Made by a program: the position numbers and the translations under genes | From: an uncultured Nitrospiraceae bacterium | GTDB lineage: Bacteria > Nitrospirota > Nitrospiria > Nitrospirales > Nitrospiraceae | DNA length: 64,000 nucleotides | Assembly: GCA_963730935.1 (NCBI GenBank) | Contig: CAVSTP010000004.1 | Location: forward strand, 544,001-608,000 | Reading direction: 5' to 3' | In this document: positions 61,032 to 64,000 of the stretch, piece after piece | Position numbering within the stretch: the stretch's first letter is position 1 | Layout of the letters: every line of letters starts with the position of its first letter | The notes under the pieces: model-generated | The model's input: the letters and a program-made list of their open reading frames with translations, nothing else | Databases searched by the model: none | What the model was told of the DNA's origin: nothing

Positions 61032-61174
61032 AATACGGATGTTGACACAGATCGTTCAGCTTCGCCCTAGCCGCTCCCGGACCCTCAACCAGCCCCGCCA
61101 TCGCCCCGGGGACGGCTTCACGCCCGTTCAGGCTGGTCATACCCTGTGCCTCCACCGATGGAAGGGATGCCGAC

Positions 61175-62515
61175 GTGTTTAAGAAGGTGCTGGTCGCCAA
61201 TCGGGGAGAGATCGCGCTGCGGGTGATCCGTGCCTGCAAAGAGCTCGGCATCAAGACCGTCGCCATCCATTCAGAGGCCGATACCGGCGCCATGCACGCC
61301 CGCGCCGCGGACGAGCGCCTGTGTGTGGGCCCGGCCGAGTCGGCCCTGAGTTACCGCAACATCCCCAACGTGCTCAGCGCCGCGGAAATCACCGGCGCCG
61401 ATGCCATCCATCCCGGCTATGGGTTTCTCTCCGAGAATGCGCACTTCGCCGAAGTCTGCGAATCGATCGGCGTGAAATTCATCGGCCCGACCTCGGAAAA
61501 CATCGCCTTGATGGGTGATAAGGCCAAGGCGCGCGAGATCGTCTCCCGTCGAGGACTGCCGGTGACGCCGGGAAGTCCCGGAGAACTCAAAAGTGAACAG
61601 GAGGCCCGGGAAGCCGCCGCCAAGATCGGCTATCCGGTCATTATCAAAGCGGCGGCCGGCGGTGGCGGGCGCGGCATGCGGGTCGTGAACAGCACCGACG
61701 AAGTCGGTCGTGCCTTCCAGGCGGCCCAGGCGGAGGCAAAATCGACCTTCGGCAACGACAGCGTGTATCTCGAACGATATTTCCTGGAACCTCGCCACAT
61801 CGAAGTGCAGATTGCGGCGGATGCTCGCGGCCACGTCGTGTACCTGGGGGAGCGTGATTGCTCGATTCAACGGCGTCACCAGAAACTCGTGGAAGAAACG
61901 CCGTCGCCGGCAGTGGATGAGAAACTTCGCCGCGAGCTCGGACGCGTGGCCGTGGAGGCGATGAAAGCGGTGCACTACCGGAATTTAGGCACGGTGGAGT
62001 TCCTCCTCGACAAGGACCACAATTTCTTCTTCATGGAAGTGAACACCCGTATCCAAGTGGAGCATCCCATCACCGAAATGGTGACCGGGATCGATCTCAT
62101 CAAGGAGCAGATCACACTTGCCGACGGTCAGCCGCTTTCCTTCAAGCAGCCCGATATCCGGCTCAACGGTCACAGCCTCGAATGCCGAATCAACGCCGAA
62201 GACCCGGAAAAGTTCACTCCATCGCCCGGATTGATCACGCGCTACAGCGCCCCCGGCGGCTTCGGCGTCCGGGTCGATTCCGCCATGGAATCGAATGCTC
62301 TGGTCGTCCCACACTATGATTCGATGATCGCCAAGCTCATCACGCACGGCCGGGACCGGCAAGAAGCCATGGCCCGCATGCGTCGGGCGCTCGATGAATT
62401 TGTGATCGACGGCATCAAGACGACGATCCCGCTTCACAAACGGATCCTGAACGATCCGGACTTTCAAAAGGGTCACGTCTCAACGACATACCTCGAGCGT
62501 TTTCTCGCCAGCTGA
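61175..62515 (+). CDS. accC: Biotin carboxylase
   Basis: ANRGEIA, HPGYGFLSEN, RDCSIQRRHQK, EVNTRIQVEH. Confidence 0.97.
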   Translation: MFKKVLVANRGEIALRVIRACKELGIKTVAIHSEADTGAMHARAADERLCVGPAESALSYRNIPNVLSAAEITGADAIHPGYGFLSENAHFAEVCESIGVKFIGPTSENIALMGDKAKAREIVSRRGLPVTPGSPGELKSEQEAREAAAKIGYPVIIKAAAGGGGRGMRVVNSTDEVGRAFQAAQAEAKSTFGNDSVYLERYFLEPRHIEVQIAADARGHVVYLGERDCSIQRRHQKLVEETPSPAVDEKLRRELGRVAVEAMKAVHYRNLGTVEFLLDKDHNFFFMEVNTRIQVEHPITEMVTGIDLIKEQITLADGQPLSFKQPDIRLNGHSLECRINAEDPEKFTPSPGLITRYSAPGGFGVRVDSAMESNALVVPHYDSMIAKLITHGRDRQEAMARMRRALDEFVIDGIKTTIPLHKRILNDPDFQKGHVSTTYLERFLAS

Positions 62516-62556
62516 CGCTGCCACCCCGGCCTGCTTCTGCCCTCGGCCGCAATACC

Positions 62557-62912
62557 TCACTCGACAACAATGGTGCCGGTCATACCGGCATGCCCTCGGA
62601 TCGCACAGTAAAAGAGGTAGACACCGGGAATGATTCGAACGACGGTCTCGGCCCTGTGGTTGGGGGTAAACTGCTGGCCGGCGCGCCCGTGGCTCCGGTT
62701 TGATGCATCAACAGCGGACTCTTGAGCTCATGCGGCTCCCGACCTTCATTGGCAATCCTCAGTCGAATCGGTCGCTCAGCCGACACATGTACTTCGGCCG
62801 GAGTAAAGCGAAAATCCTCTGCCACGATGTAGACCGTTTGCTCAGGCGAATCACAGCCCATCGCCCACATGACGAGCAGGGTGACGAAACCCGTGAAGGC
62901 AAGTGAGCGCAT
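62557..62912 (-). pseudogene. Cupredoxin-domain lipoprotein with a frameshift
   Basis: First frame: lipobox AMGC, FRFTP, NEG..PH. A second frame continues PNHRAETVVRIIPGVYLFYCAIRGHAGMTGTIVVE* (C-x4-H-x2-M). Span 356 nt; the shift falls at a G5 run, 62662-62666. Confidence 0.8.
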
Positions 62913-62985
62913 GTGACGGTCGCCTTGACTGGTCACGCGGTCTCCGCTGGCGTCCTTTCAGTGGCACACGCTACAATCCCGGTTC

Positions 62986-63627
62986 ATGACCTCCGGTCGC
63001 GAGCGCGCCATTCCCCTTGCGGGTCTTTATGTGATCCTCGACCCCTCGGTGCGACCAGATCGACCGCTCATGGAGGTCCTGAATGCGGCGGCCGCCGCTC
63101 ACGTCCGAATTTTCCAGTATCGCAACAAGACGGCGTGTATGAAAGACGCCTTAACCGAGGCCGACCCGCTGCGCAGCCGAGCCAGGGAGCTAAAGGTACT
63201 GTTTCTCGTCAACGACCGCTGCGATCTGGCACTGGCCATCGATGCTGACGGCGTCCACCTCGGCCAGTCAGACCTGCCGTATCTCAAAGCCAGACAGCTC
63301 CTCGGAGGGCAGAAATACATCGGACTCTCCACACATAACGCCGCCCAGGTAAAAGAAGCTGAGCAGTTGCGTCCGGACTATATCGGGTTTGGTCCGATCT
63401 TCACGCCCGCCTCCAAAACCGATCATGATCCGGTGGTGGGCGTCGAAGGACTCACACGCGTGCGGGCCCTCACCTCGCTCCCTCTGTTCGCCATCGGAGG
63501 CATTCAGACTCAGCATGTGCGCCCGCTCATGGAGGCCGGCGCGAACGGAATCGCTGTGATCTCCGCCGTCTGTGGCGCGGCCGACATCACAGCGGCGGCA
63601 GCCAGGCTCACCGAGCAGATGACTTGA
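62986..63627 (+). CDS. thiE: Thiamine-phosphate synthase
   Basis: QYRNK, VNDR.D, DGVHLGQ.D, GLSTH, GPIF...SK, AIGGI. Confidence 0.95.
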   Translation: MTSGRERAIPLAGLYVILDPSVRPDRPLMEVLNAAAAAHVRIFQYRNKTACMKDALTEADPLRSRARELKVLFLVNDRCDLALAIDADGVHLGQSDLPYLKARQLLGGQKYIGLSTHNAAQVKEAEQLRPDYIGFGPIFTPASKTDHDPVVGVEGLTRVRALTSLPLFAIGGIQTQHVRPLMEAGANGIAVISAVCGAADITAAAARLTEQMT

Positions 63628-64000
63628 CCGATCGGGCTAGGGCCGTCATCGCCGACATTTTCGCCAAGCGAGCCACCGAGCGCCGGAAACTCCGTGCCAG
63701 CCCCGGCTCATAGGGGAGCGGACCGAGCACCGGTAGACCTGCCTGCTTCCGAAGTGCGTCGAGGGTCGTCTTTTCTTGAAGACGCATCGTGGCCGATCGA
63801 ACCGGCCCTGTGCGATTGAGCACCAAGGCGATCGGCGTGATTCTACGGCGTCGAAGCGCGTCAATCACGAGCAAGGCATGATTGATCCCCCCGAGTCCCG
63901 CGCGGCCCACGACGACGACCGGAAGCTTGAGACTTCTGATCAGATCCATCACATCGACCTTCGGCGCAATCGGTACGCGAACGCCACCGATGCCTTCGAC
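63608..64000 (-). CDS. bioD: Dethiobiotin synthase (partial; 5' end outside the window)
   Basis: VEGIGGVRVP...LPVVVV...GLGGINH..L. Confidence 0.88.
   Translation of the reverse strand, partial: VEGIGGVRVPIAPKVDVMDLIRSLKLPVVVVGRAGLGGINHALLVIDALRRRRITPIALVLNRTGPVRSATMRLQEKTTLDALRKQAGLPVLGPLPYEPGLARSFRRSVARLAKMSAMTALARSVKSSAR

Noticed and set aside
62913..62985. TPP riboswitch upstream of thiE
   Set aside because: The region is only about 70 bp and lacks the CTGAGA core.

Overview
Bacterial chromosomal window, most likely Nitrospira/Nitrospirota (inferred from gene content and protein style, not verified). (1) About 0.4-19.4 kb is a phosphate-starvation (Pho) island: PhoB-like regulator, phoU-pstBAC-pstS, a second pstS, a porin followed by three lipoproteins, and an apparent lipid-remodelling module (PlcP-type phosphoesterase, Agt-like GT4 glycosyltransferase, an unusual class-III aminotransferase fused to a membrane domain, an alpha/beta hydrolase and a TPR protein). 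Six promoters in this island share an 11-bp-periodic TAAC-like repeat array followed 10-11 nt later by a -10-like hexamer. (2) 19.4-29.8 kb is a type II secretion cluster (gspC, E, F, G, H, I, J, N, L, M, K) with no secretin gene. (3) 30-64 kb is mostly housekeeping: gmd-fcl, a YyaL/aldo-keto reductase fusion, malic enzyme, rnd, gltA, hsp20, fumC, nadK, clpC-tsaD-hflX-nth-yicC-gmk-rpoZ-coaBC, aroQ-efp-accB-accC, thiE and partial bioD. Other oddities: a probable ATT start for hflX, a frameshifted cupredoxin gene and a truncated nuclease-like remnant. I saw no rRNA, tRNA, CRISPR array or intact IS element. All product calls come from motif recognition by eye, with no database searches.
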